DNA of 64,000 nucleotides from Octopus vulgaris (taxonomy: Eukaryota): positions 20,088,001 through 20,152,000 of the forward strand of contig OX597816.1 in NCBI GenBank assembly GCA_951406725.2, given 5' to 3'. A model generated the notes under the pieces. That model was not told the DNA's origin, did not search any database, and saw only the letters and a list, made by a program, of their open reading frames with translations. Below, in pieces: positions 51,321 through 64,000 of this stretch. Every line of letters begins with the position of its first letter. The first letter of the stretch is position 1. The position numbers were made by a program, and so were the translations under genes.

Positions 51321-51709
51321 GGTATAGAACTAACAATAAAAATATTAAACATCATGTTTATGAGGATAGAGGTATCAGGGTATCCTTATACTCTAGAGAC
51401 CGAGCGTTGGTTACTTCTTTGACTACACATCGAGGTTAGACGGTCTGAAATATTCGGTAATGTGCCCACTTTGGCTGATGGAGAAAAGCAAATGAGATGT
51501 CAGCCAAAAGGATCACTAAGATGTCGTAAATATTTCACCTATATATAATGCAATAAAGAACAAAATGGGGTTTGACATTTACGACGGTTGTTTTGGTAGT
51601 GCTTTATTGATGTAATTATAGGTTACATTATACCAGAAATCCACCTTCATCAGGTAAAGTTTTAAATCTCATTTGTGTTTTCTTTATACTTACGCTGCAC
51701 CTTGACCCA

Positions 51710-51717
51710 GCCCGTCG

Positions 51718-51769
<52 letters not shown>

Positions 51770-51985
51770 CGTGTGTGTGTGTTTGTGTGTCTGTCACCCC
51801 AAAAACGCTTGACAACCGATGCTGGTGTGTTTAACACCCCCGTAACTTAGTGGTTCGGGAAATAAGACCGATAGAATAAGTACTAGGCTTCCAAAGAATA
51901 CGTTCTGGGGTCGATTTGCTCGACTAAAGGCGGTGCTCAAGTATGACCGCAGTCAAATGACTGAAACAAGTAAAAGAGTAAAGAG
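51710..51985 (+). mobile_element. SINE A 3' half
   Basis: Microsatellite plus tail. Confidence 0.85.
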
Positions 51986-54561
51986 CAAAATATACCAGAA
52001 TAAAACACGAAAGTTTCCCTGCCAGAAACCTGTTGGTCGCAGGTTTCAATAACAACAACAGCAGCAACAAAATCTACTGTTACAACTTCAATACACGATT
52101 TTAATAGGATTTCGTGCTTACATATCTACAGGATCCTACCAGCATATGATACCCACCACACTGTGAGCCCTATATCATTATGCCTAGCAATTTCTGGCAT
52201 CCTACGGATTGATGCACCTAGATTCTTATGAATCTAATCAATTTAACATCACACAAACATACACACACTCACAATCACACCTACACAACAGAATTACAAA
52301 CGACATCACTGTATTTTGTTATTTCAATCGATGCATTTTTAGTAAATAAATTTACATAACACGGCAGAAATAAGAACTAATTTAAAGATATGCTAATATT
52401 TGTGTAAATCGAAGCCAAAGAAAATATGGATGTTGGATAATCATCTTTAAGTTTTTAAGCTAATTATTGTAATAACCAGTTATTATGCAATAATTTCAAA
52501 ATAATACTACAATTTCTGGAATGAAATTCTTTCCAAAATTACATAATTATTGGGGTAGAAGAAAGTTAAGTTAGTTCTATGTAAATAATAACAAATGTGA
52601 ATTAGTTGTGAAATTAATAAAACTAATGCAAATGACTTTGTTTAGCGGTTTTAGGGACTTAGTCGGCAACAATTAAGCAATTTCTTCTATTCATTAGTGA
52701 CCTTCCCAAACAGATGGAATCGTAGGGATGGCATTTCGATATACGATGTATATTTAGGAGATTAAATCTAGCGGAAACAGTCTGTATTGTAGTTTGATCC
52801 CTACTTTTTAACTTCCAAAGAGAGTAAGGGTAAAATAAATAATAAAATCAATCATAGGACTAATATGGCAAGTAATTTTCAACACTGATATGGACCAAAC
52901 GTCACAAAAGCTGAACAAACAACAGAGAGGCAGAATAATACTGTAACGCATTTTATACGGCTCTCTCCAGACTATGTAAACTGGACGCTCTGTTTTGACA
53001 ATAGGATTGTTTGATAATGTGAGTTATATTATGGAATATGGAGTCTAACTTTTCGGATATCTGAGAATTAGGAAATACAAAACTAGGTATTCGACCTTGT
53101 TGAATAATAGAAATTATGTTGTTGTTGTTATTGTTAAGTAACAAGACGGGTAAGGGTGATTAGGTGATGGTCTAGGGCTTAGGGGCGGGAGACCCCAGAC
53201 CTTGGAAAAAAACACTTTGGTCGTCTTGTTGTAGTCGAGGGCTCTTCGTTGACGCCCGACACCACTGGGAGGTGGCCCTCGAAGTCGCTGGAAATGGAGA
53301 TCTGCAGGTCCATCTTCTTGAACGGCTAATAGAAATGAAGAAATGGTACAATCATGCGTTAACAAGAATACATCTCTTGCTCATGCAACAATATCTGTTT
53401 TTATCTTCTTTACCCATGCTCTCAGGTCGGACAACGGCCGAAACGTTATATTCTAAAATTCTCACCGCAACAGAACTTTCTGATATATCCTTCGAGATCG
53501 TAAAGTAGAGAATCTTAGTACAACGTTTTCAGACAGAAAGATAGTTAACATTAGGACAACTCAATGTATAGTCAGTATTGTTTTTCTTTAGGACTAGCAC
53601 AGCATTGATGGTGGACTGATGGATTGTTACACTTAGTATAAATCGATTTATATTATGCTAGATGATGTGTATATATTTTTAACTACACTAGGAGTGATTT
53701 CAGAGCCGTGGCTGCTAAATCTAGCGCGACAAGCAGCCACCTAGTATTTCCACATCAACGTCATATTCTTCGTATTTTATGATAGAGCAAGTGCCTTTGT
53801 TAACTGCTATTTTCTCAAGTCGTTAGTTTAAATTATGTTTGTCACAAATGGCCTTCATGAAGATATACATGATGTCGCTAAACAACACTTTACTCTATTA
53901 AAAAGTTCTACCGATTTCTTTATTCTTTATTTCATTTTAGCTATCGAGTCTAAGGTCATGTTTAGAAGCTCCTTCTTCACTGCCGTATATTCAAATAAAA
54001 CAAAATCGATATATGAAGAAGCACAACATATCTGATGGTTAAATATTTACGAAACCAAATAATACTTCAAACAAATATTTCTTTATTCTTAAAGCCAAAC
54101 GCTGCAGGCAATAAAATCCAATCACGTTTTCCTTCAAATAATAAAGATTTACTGCACAATTGTTATGTTGCACGTCTCTTAATAAAGATATGGTGCGTTG
54201 CCTACGACACCACTCTTACACGGGTAACTTTCCTTGCAGAATAATTCGAACATATCTTTGCAAACTGTCTGAGACATATTACGTACGAGGGATGGTTACA
54301 ATATAGATTGATGAAGATTAAATGTAATTGATTAATGGCCATAAACAAAACTAATAACAATACTCATTACATTATATAAAATAGTAAACATACAGAATAA
54401 GTTTCACATTTAGAGAAATGTTGAATAGGTCGCCGAGATTGACTAGGTCGCTGAGTTTCCATAAGAAGCTATAAATTAACGGTAATACGAGTCCGTGACT
54501 CACCAGCTTAAGGTGTTTAATGTATACTGAATAAAAAAATCACCCATCGAGCATAAACGAA

Positions 54562-54990
54562 TTTTTTTCTCTAGTTTCAGCTCAGAGCTGCGGCCATGCG
54601 GATGCACCGCCGTTTTGCTATACTGTTATTACTGAGGGCCTTCTCTAATATGTGTCACTTGGTGAAGAATGAATTTTGATGTAGCTACCCTCATTTGCAC
54701 CTCTTGCCGTGAGGTAGGTTCATCTGGGACTCTCGACAGGAAGAGGTATAGCTTTGATTTAAAAACACCTACATCTACTTTGTGCGGGTTCCTCAATCTA
54801 TTTGGGAGAATATTAAAACGCTGTGGGCCCCTGAAACCCAGGCTGTTGCAGTAACTGGTCCTGAAGCGCGATGGAGTTGCTGGGATCTTTGGCACTGTGC
54901 ATGGTCGTCCTGTTCTGGCATTGGTGTAGCTTTCAATGCCAGAATTTAATTTGGCACAACTCCTTCCAGGATCTTCCAGATAATGTTTAG
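54562..54990 (-). mobile_element. CR1/L2-group LINE 3' fragment
   Basis: GRPCTVPKIP…RTSYCNSLGFRGPQRFNILPNRLRN…VFKSKLYLFLSRVPDEP, then conserved tail and A-rich end. Confidence 0.8.
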
Positions 54991-55892
54991 TATTTGTGGT
55001 TGCATCTGCCTTCACTTACGCTGATGTATTTGAGATGGGTAAGTACGTCACGAATCTCCTTTGTAATTTTTCTTAAAACGTTTATGATAACCATAATAAC
55101 CTCGCTGTATGCACTTGCTAACTAACAGATGGTTGAAGGTTTGTAAGTCCTACACTAACAAATCTTCGTTCCAATATTATTACATGCAGTTAGATATACA
55201 GTACATAAGCTCACACAATTACTTTGACACTGAAGTGTAAGCATATCAAGAATGAACATACCAGAATATATCTTCTCATCCTTCATGCCAAGTGCTATAA
55301 ATGTTCATGTTTCAATCACATATCTTTGTCTAGTAAATTGATGGAGGATATAATACTCACGTAGAATTATAATAGCTAATATGCATTGACGATTGTCCTT
55401 GTACATTGAGTATGGTTAATTTAGTTTTATAAAAGATAATGTGCAGTGAATGTATTTATGGCAGTTAAAACTTCACAATAGTATATAAGCATGTTCGTTG
55501 CTCTACTTATTTGGTCGACAAAGTGTCTGTATGATAATACACGGATAATTCAAAAGGATATGTCATTTTGAATATTGGTCGTTGCATGCAAACTATAATC
55601 AGAAACAGTCAGCTTAGATAACTGAGAAGCTTTGATTGTAAGCCAGTTACTGGAGGTGTCTACACATATAGCAAGAGTTAAAACTCGCACATATACATAC
55701 TAAAGAACTATTTGTAAATGCATAATATCTTGCATAATATTACGTAGTTTTACCATAAGTCATTTCGAATTAAATAGACTTATGACTGAACGGGTTCCTC
55801 TAATGACGATCACCTATTTTTGTATATCTCATTCAGCATTATTCAAAGATGATAGTTGTTTGATTTTCGTTTGAAGTTATTTTAGAACAGCC

Positions 55893-56123
55893 TTTACTCT
55901 TTACTTTACTCTTTTACTCTTTTTCTTGTTTCAGTCATGTGACTGTGGCCATGCTGGAGCACCGCCTTTAGTCGAGCAAATCGACTCCAGGACTTATTCT
56001 TTGTAAGCCTAGTACTTATTATATCGGTCACTTTTGCCGAACCGCTAAGTTACGGGGACGTAAACACACCCGCATCGATTGTCAAGCGATGCTGGAGGAA
56101 CAAACACAGACACACAAACATAC

Positions 56124-56169
<46 letters not shown>

Positions 56170-56330
56170 CTATAAATATATATATACATATATACTTTCA
56201 GTTTCCGTCTACCAAATCCACTCACAAGGCTTTAGTCGGCCCGAGGCTATAGTAGAAGACACTTGCCGAAGGGACTGAACCTGGTACCATGTGGTTCATA
56301 CGCAACCTACTAACTACACAGCCACTCCTG
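55893..56330 (-). mobile_element. SINE A
   Basis: Full copy with small deletions. Confidence 0.88.
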
Positions 56331-56559
56331 GTCTGTTTATAATGTCTGCAAAGTGAAGTGCTCAGTCCATATTTTAAATATTTTGGTTTCACTAGCCTTT
56401 ACGTAATAATCGATGTAACATACAGGTCATTCACTTTCCACGGATGAGATCATTTTCAGCCAAACATGCAGGCAATTACCTAATTTACGTACATGCTATT
56501 ACCCGTTTTCTTAGATATTATAGTCTGCAGTTGCTCATATAAAAGAGAGGAATGATCTA

Positions 56560-56920
56560 AACACAAATGGAGGAATTGCAACCGTGTTTCGTGGTCTGCT
56601 ACCACAACAGCTCCTTTATAGGATCCAGTTTGCTCAAGACATCATCAGGAGGAACCACGTCCGGTTTCGGCCCCTACTCCTCTACTGTTTTGACGCGGCA
56701 CCCCCACCCTTCGGAGGTGTCTTCTTTCTTCTTCTTGATTCTGTTCCCTGGCCTATTCGATGTAGCGTCAATGAGTGTCAGCGGGCGACTGACTGACATG
56801 TCAGATTTTTTTTTCCTTTTAAATACCTGCTGCTAGGCTCCAGCACGCAGCGCCAGCAAGTTATCACGTGACACTGTCTCAACTTTAACTGACCAATGAA
56901 GGCGCGTAGTCTTAACAGTA
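56560..56920 (-). promoter_or_regulatory. GC-richer island with Pol II promoter-like motifs; possible Penelope/LTR terminal repeat
   Basis: On minus: ATTGG, GTCACGTGA, TATTTAAAA, TCAGTC in order, then GAAACCGGAC and CTGATGA…GAAAC motifs. Confidence 0.35.
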
Positions 56921-57206
56921 GTGCTTCTTCCAATGACATAAGAACACAACGGGAATTGGCGAGCTGGGTGAATCGTTAATGCATTTGTAAAATGCTTAGC
57001 AGCATTTCTTCCAAATCTGTACGTTCTAAGTTCAAATCCCGAAGCCAGCTTTGCCTTTCATCCTTTTAGGATCACTAATGTTCCCTCTTTCAGGGTAACA
57101 TAATGTCGGTGACTAATATGCAATGAAAATCTAGTAACCAGAATAATAAGTCCTAGGTCTCAAGGAAAAATAACCAAAAATAATGACACAACATACTCTT
57201 CAGGTA

Positions 57207-57424
57207 TCTCTTACTCTTTACTCTTTTACTTGTTTCAGTCATTTGACTGCGGCCATGCTGGAGCACCGCCTTTAGTTGAGCAACTCGACCCCGGTTCTTA
57301 TTCTTTTTGTAAGCCCAGTACTTATTCTATCGGTCACTTTTTGCCGAACCTCTAAGTGACGGGGACGTAAACACACCAGCATCGGTTGTCAAGCAATGCT
57401 AGGGGAACAAACACAGACACACAA

Positions 57425-57455
<31 letters not shown>

Positions 57456-57617
57456 CATATATACGACAGGCTTCTTTCAGTTTCCGTCTACCAAATCCAC
57501 TCACAAGGCATTGGTCGGCCCGGGGCTATAGCAGAAGACACTTGCCCAAGATGCCACGCAGTGGGACTGAACCCGGAACCATATGGTTGGTTAGCCAGCT
57601 ACTTACTACACAGCCGC
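57207..57617 (-). mobile_element. SINE A
   Basis: Full-length copy. Confidence 0.9.
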
Positions 57618-58732
57618 TGGAAAATTTTCTGAGTTATTTGGTTGCTGAAATTATTAATGTTTGTTTTTCGACACTTGGTTATTTACCCTAGTTTCAGGGG
57701 GTTTGTTCCTACTCTTGTAATTGTTGCCGTTTTTTGTTATATATTTTTGGTTCCAATTGTTTGGTTCCATCATAATCGAATAGATGAAACGTCGGTGACC
57801 ACACTCCCAAGGTTCCATATCACAGCTTTTAACAGCCACTCATTTTCTTACAAAACCGTGCCAAGAGATGTTTTCTGAGAGTGAATATTTAATATATTTT
57901 ATTTGCATTTAATAAGATTACATAAACATTTCCTTCTTCCATAAAATGTCCTTGTATTCAATACAAAACTTCCAGAAGATATATCTATCCAGACTGCTTG
58001 TTAAAATATGCATCAGGGAATTAAACTTAATTCCGAAACGACGAAGAGAAACGTACAATGTCCATTTGAGGTAAAGAGTACCAGATAATGGATTAAGTAT
58101 TTTATTGTCCACTTTATTTTAGAAAATAAAATTTTCAGTTTCCTCACGTTGATAAAATAGAATATTGAAAATCATGTTCTTCTTCAAACATTACTTACTA
58201 TATAAGTTGACTGCCAACTAAGGAATTATTCTCTGATTCTACAGAGGTTTCTATATGCAAGATTGTATGCTTCAATTGGCCAGAGTTTCAACTGAAAAGC
58301 AAATATAGTAAGTTCCAATTTTTTCGCAATATCGTATTGCATTTTCAGGGTGAATTACATTTCGAGTGACGATACATTAAAAATACCTTCTACCTGTTAA
58401 AATACTGCTATTTAGACATATTACTAAAAGGCTTTATAAAATATTCAAACTTTAAAAACCTTTGCATATCAAATTGATAATCATGAATATTAAGTCATTC
58501 TAAAATATAATTCGTGCATTTCGTTTCAAAATAGCTTACTGCACACATTTTGAAATAGCTGAGATATGCAAAAAATGTCTTTCATCATACAGACCTTGAG
58601 GTGGATTTAAATAGTTTTATAATTTATTTTTTGAAAGTGCTTCGCATAATATGTACCGAAATAATTTAGCAATTTATGCAAATTTCCGAATTAATTTTAA
58701 AAGTTTAGTCCGAATACATCCAGGATCAAGAT

Positions 58733-58997
58733 CAGATATTCTCAACCGGGGTCTAAATGTCCCTTGGGGCTCTATATAAAGTTTCGTCGTTAAAATCTAT
58801 GTTCAATAAATTGGTTACATTTCTATAATACATAAAATATTTTAATAATTTCTTTTTATACAATTCCTAATAAATTCAATTATAATTATACAATAGGATA
58901 TATTTTAAAGAAAGAATGGCTGTGATGATTCCCTCGAGTAAAATAAGAATATAACGATCCGTAGATCTATAGGCTGAAGAACAGTTGAGAAGAACTG
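58733..58997. mobile_element. hAT (Charlie-like) MITE
   Basis: Ends CAGATATTCTCAACCGGGG / GTTGAGAAGAACTG; 8-bp flanks ATCAAGAT and GACTAGAT resemble the NTCTAGAN target. Confidence 0.6.
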
Positions 58998-59297
58998 GAC
59001 TAGATAAAGTTAGTGTTAATTCAAGAATCATTACTCATGTCATGGAAATCTCGTCGAGGATTTCATGCTCCCTCTCTCTGCATTTTTGTTTTATCTCTCT
59101 TAAATTATGTGCTATATCTATTTTTATTTATGCGCCCTTTTCAAGCCTAGTCAGATTCATGGGCCCGGTTTCCTGGTTTCTATGGTGTATTTATTAATAA
59201 ATTTTATATATTCATTTTATCATAAATGCAAATCAGCGCCACGGAGGTATCGACGTAAGCTTAAATGATAAACCGCGATATGGGGAGGGATTATTGT

Positions 59298-59714
59298 ACT
59301 CTTACTCTTTTACTCTTTTACTTGTTTCAGTCATTTGACTGCGGCCATGCTGGAGCACCGCCTTTAGTCGAGCGAATCGACCCTGGGACTTATTCTTTGT
59401 AAGCCCAGTACTTATTCTATCAGTCTCTTTTGCCGAACCGCTAGGTAACGGGGACGTAAACACACCAGCATCGGTTGTCAAGCAAAGCTAGGGGGACAAA
59501 CACAGACACACAAACACACACACATACATACATATATATACATATATACGACAGGCTTCTTTGAGTTTCCGTCTACCAAATCCACTCACAAGGCTTTGGT
59601 CGGCCCGGGGCTATAGCAGAAGACACTTGCCCAAGATGCCACGCAGTGGGACTGAACCCGGAACCATGTGGTTAGTTAGCAAGCTACTTACCACACAGCC
59701 ACTCCTGCGCCTAC
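59298..59714 (-). mobile_element. SINE A
   Basis: Full-length copy. Confidence 0.9.
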
Positions 59715-60092
59715 AGATATATATATATATAAAGAAAGAGTGTGAGAGAGCGAGAGAGATATTTTGTTTTGAGGATATCTATATATCAAGACACATCAAC
59801 CGCTGGGACGTCAGAACTGGATAGGTTCGATGAAACAAATCTCATAGTGAAATAAACAACATTCAGTATATCAAACATTGGTAGAATACAGTAGATATGA
59901 ATATACCAGACCCAATTTAATTCATATACCCTATTTAGGTGTGGGTCCAAATACTGACATATGTATAAAAAGTAAACACAAAAGGCGTTTGAAATTTTCG
60001 AGAACTCTTTCGGTTTGATTTCATCTATTAATGTGGTCTTAAAAGATTATATTATAATATACAATACATTATCATCAGGCAAAATTTTAAAG

Positions 60093-60369
60093 GTGGAGGT
60101 AAAATGGCCCAGTGGTTAAGGTAGCGGACTCGCGGTTTCGATACCCAGACTGGGCGTTGCGTTGTGTGTGTTTATTGAGCGAAAACACCTAGGTTGTGGT
60201 GAACCCTGTTGTACTCTTTCACCCCAACTTCCTCTCACTCTCTCTACCTGTTTCTTGAGTAAAAGCTGCGATGGACTGGCGTCTCGTCCAGCTTATGGGG
60301 AGGACACATACGTCACAACAACCGGGAAACCGGGCCCATGAGCCTGGCTAGGCTTGAAAAGGGAGCATA
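60093..60369 (+). mobile_element. SINE C, tail variant 3 (V-like)
   Basis: C head, then GCTGCGATGGACTGGCGTCTCGTCCAG and GGGCCCATGAGCCTGGCTAGGC. Confidence 0.8.
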
Positions 60370-60906
60370 AAAAATATAAAGAAGTAAGATGAAAATAAAA
60401 ATTTTGATAAATTTGAAACACCTTACATGTATATTATGCGTGTATGTGTGTGTGTTTGTGCGTGAACGCTTACGTATGTGCGTGCGTATGTATGTGTATG
60501 TATAAGATAGGATAAATACGTTAATGACAGATCATTATCAGTACGTGTAAGAAAATTGGCAACGACAAAAAATTTGATGAAGAAACTTCTAGCATTATGC
60601 GATACATTCAGAAAATATCTATATGAAATAATTGAACACTTAGACATGTTAAAGAATGTAAATTTTAGTGCTAGAGAATTGTTATTGATATTTTCTTTTA
60701 AGCTAAATAGCCTTAGAATGGATGTATGTATCTATATTTTTTTTCTGAAAGATAGAACAGTACCACCATCAACGTAATGTAAGCTGAAAACTGTTGATAA
60801 TAGATTCTCAGAAATTGGTTAACATATATGTTGCAACTCTACTTATTTAGTGCATGTAGACAGAGAGAGATAGAGACAGCCAGACAGAGAAGCATGAATC
60901 CATATA

Positions 60907-61481
60907 TTCATTTCTACTCGAGATATAAGGCCCGAAATTTTGAGGGAGGGTGCGAGTAATTTAGATCTACCACAATACGCAACTGGTGCTAAATTTATCG
61001 ACCCCGAAAGGATGAAAAGCAAAGGATGAAAGGCAAAGTAGACCTCGGCAAAATTTGAACTCAGAACATGAAGACAGACGAAATACCGCTGAGCATTTCG
61101 CCCGGCGTGCTAACGTTTCTGCCAGCTCGCTGCCTTATGGAACAGTTATAACAACAGGTGTCTTTCGACTACGGACGAATTAAATTAAGCTGGCGTGTGA
61201 TATATATATATATATATATATATACATACATACATATATATATATATATCTTTCTTTATTACCCACAAGGGGCTAAACATAGAGGGGACAAACAAGGACA
61301 GACAAACGGATTAAGTCAATTATATCAACCCCAGTGCGTAATTGGTACTTATTTAATCGACCCCGAAAGGATGAAAGGGAAAGTCGACCTCCGTGGAATT
61401 TGAACTGAGAACGTAACGGCAGACGAAATACCGCTAAGCATTTTGCCCGGCGTGCTAACGTTTCTGCCAGCTCACCGCCAT
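60907..61481 (-). mobile_element. Composite of two SINE B units plus spacer
   Basis: Units 61251-61481 and 60908-61136; single 13-bp TSD ATGAATCCATATA at 60894-60906 and 61482-61494. Confidence 0.85.
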
Positions 61482-62301
61482 ATGAATCCATATACTGTAC
61501 AATGTCTGTATTAATTCTGCTCTATGAATAGTTTAGTACCAGGTCTTGTACGTTGTGTGAGCGTTCTTATGATACCTATTGTTATATGAAAGTGCATATC
61601 ATCAGACTGGTTATGTAAGCACGAGAGATAAAGAGAGAGAGGGGAGAGAGGGCGGAGGGAGAGAGAGACTGAGACGGAAAATGATTTTTGTGTTCTCTAC
61701 ATTGCAGAAACATGTGTAAACAAGATCTAATTAAAAGAAAACTTAAACAATATATTATATGATTACATAATTGATGACCTAGGTCACAATCAGTTCATAA
61801 ATTAAGTTGACCTTTAAAGAAGGATCAAGTTATAACATTGGAGAGCAGCCAAACAGCGTTCAAAATTAGAAGCTGGAAGAAAAGATGACGACTATGTTAT
61901 ATAAATGCACGCTTATTATCAAATATTTCAAATACCTCCGTAACAGCAGACGATCGATTCTTAGACGATTATCAACTTATAAATTGGATGATTAAAAATG
62001 TTTTGTTTTATATATAACTTTCTCCTCTCAAACTTTTTGCATGTTTCTCTCCCTCTCTCTCTCTCTCTCTAACTCTATATCTCTTTCTTTCTCTCGATTT
62101 CGGTATATATCTATCTATCTACCTAGGTTTCATCATTGAGTCTTCTCTCTCCATTTACCTATTTCTCAACTCATTAGTATTTAATTCTCTAATTTTCTCT
62201 ATATTTCTCATACATAATCATTCTCTATTTTCTTTTCAGTATAACTAGCTCTCGTCCTGTCTTTCTTTATCTTCCTCTTCTTTCTCTTTTGCATATGCAT
62301 A

Positions 62302-62655
62302 TACTAGCAAAACGCCCCCCCCCCCCCACGTCCAATGGACGGTGCTGAGTTGTCGAACATTTAAACCAAATTTTCTCAAAACAACTTGTCCGATCGTCCC
62401 ATAGGCCCCTCCTTTGTGAAACACTGATTTAACCTAAATTTGAGACTCCAGCAAAAGAAGAAATAAAGACTTTTTTCTATTCCAAAGAAAAACGATTCTC
62501 ACCTGGAATCGATTTTTGTAATTTTTTCAAGAATTATACACGCCCTGATACCGTCAGTATCTACATATCAAATTTGAGCGCAATCGGATGGAGGATGCCC
62601 GAGATCCTAGAAGCAAAACACACATACACACACACACACACACTCACACACACAG
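62302..62655 (+). mobile_element. Non-autonomous Helitron/Helentron-type element
   Basis: Starts TACTAGCAAAACGCCC; has CAAATTTGAGCGCAATCGG followed by (CA)n. Confidence 0.55.
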
Positions 62656-63234
62656 AAGAGATTTGTCGACATACATACAAGTGTATATGGAGGGAAGGAG
62701 GGCTAGAGAGCGTGATGAAGGGAAGAGGATCTATATACACCCAGCTATATACATATGTGTGTAATGAGTAACATCGTAGATACTTATACATAGGATAATG
62801 GTCGGTTTTAACGTGCAACCAGGAATAATATTTACGAATAAAACTACTTTACATTCGTGTCATGATCTGCGTTTACGATTTATATACTTCGTGTTTGTTT
62901 TTGTGTTTGTTTAAAAAATTATCTCGGCAGAAATATTTCCTAATAATTCATTATTCCATGTCAATTATGGTTCGTTTGAGCTTGAAATTTATTCATTCAA
63001 CTGAATACTTAATGAACAATTTAATGTTGGCTTTTGAACCTGCTTCCAAACGCATAGCATGACCTGCAGTATTGTTATTAGCAATGTCAATAGCAGAGCG
63101 TCGGAAAATATACCGCATTGTATTCTTAATTTGCCTCGCAGTCTTCCCACTCGATAACAAATATTGGAAGTTACGAGCTGGGGTGTAACTCATCAATTTA
63201 ATTGCCCTCATGATTAAAAGTTTTACTTATGTTA

Positions 63235-63482
63235 GAGCTGGCAGGATTGATAGCACGGCAGACAAAATGCTTCGCGACATTTCTTCTGCTACTTTATGTT
63301 CTGTGTTTAAAAGACACCGAGGTGGGATTAGCCATTCATCGATAAACTAAGTTCCTATTTATGCACTGCAATCAATTAAACAGTAAAGTAGAATAAACAA
63401 GTAACCCTTTGAGCCCTGGACCCGATGTAATCGACTTTCTCCTCCCATCTGAGTTGTTGGTCTCGTACCAAAATTTGAAACA
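63235..63482 (+). mobile_element. Old degenerate SINE B
   Basis: GAGCTGGCAG…AAATGCTT…ACATTTC head and GATGTAATCGACT motif. Confidence 0.6.
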
Positions 63483-64000
63483 AATATATATCTTGTTGCG
63501 TCTGAAGAGAGTCATATTCCCTTAATAACTTTTATCTAATACACACACCGGTTCGATTCCTATTTATTTATTATTTATATTTTTATTCCCAAAATTTCGT
63601 TGCCTTTTCAGCCTTGTCCATGTATATTAACTCTGTTATTGGAGCTGCCAATAACGGAGAGAGACAACATCAATCCACAAGGTTGCAAGAACAACGAACA
63701 TTTTCGAAGGAATAGTATAAATAATAAATACGTGGAAATCGCACTTGTGAGTATGTTAGATAATAAAGCATTAAGACGATAGGACTCTCCCCAGACACAG
63801 TATGATTTCCTTCAACACATGAGTTAACATAAAGAGTTTTACAAACCAGATACAAAAGCGAAGTAAATATAAATCTTCTTTTCATTATTTAAAACTACAT
63901 CAGCACTGAACGTGCTGATCAACCATCAAATTCTTCAAGCCATGACACTCTTCCTTGTTGATATTCTTATACGACAAGATTTACCCAGATTCACAATATA

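Overview
AT-rich, microsatellite-dense eukaryotic DNA with no intact multi-exon host gene. The SINE and microsatellite content suggests a cephalopod (Octopus-like) intergenic or intronic region; the species is an inference. Most recognisable sequence is mobile DNA: three tRNA-derived SINE groups (called A, B, C here), a head-to-tail array of an ORF1-only Tx1-like element (1-3250), a 5'-truncated Tx1 ORF2 inside a (TAGA)n tract, RTE, CR1/L2-like and R4/Dong remnants, and Helitron-type and hAT non-autonomous elements. The strongest signal lies outside the ORF track. Two non-coding inserts in (TA)n microsatellites (27062-27613, 40164-40864) have ~350-nt repeat units and carry well-formed type I hammerhead ribozymes, circularly permuted direct repeats and a 5' inverted copy, matching retrozyme/Penelope-mobilised elements. 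A third hammerhead family sits at 20560-20776. An RTE derivative starts exactly at G1 of an HDV-like ribozyme fold (35620). Two LINE-SINE shared 3' tails are visible within the window.
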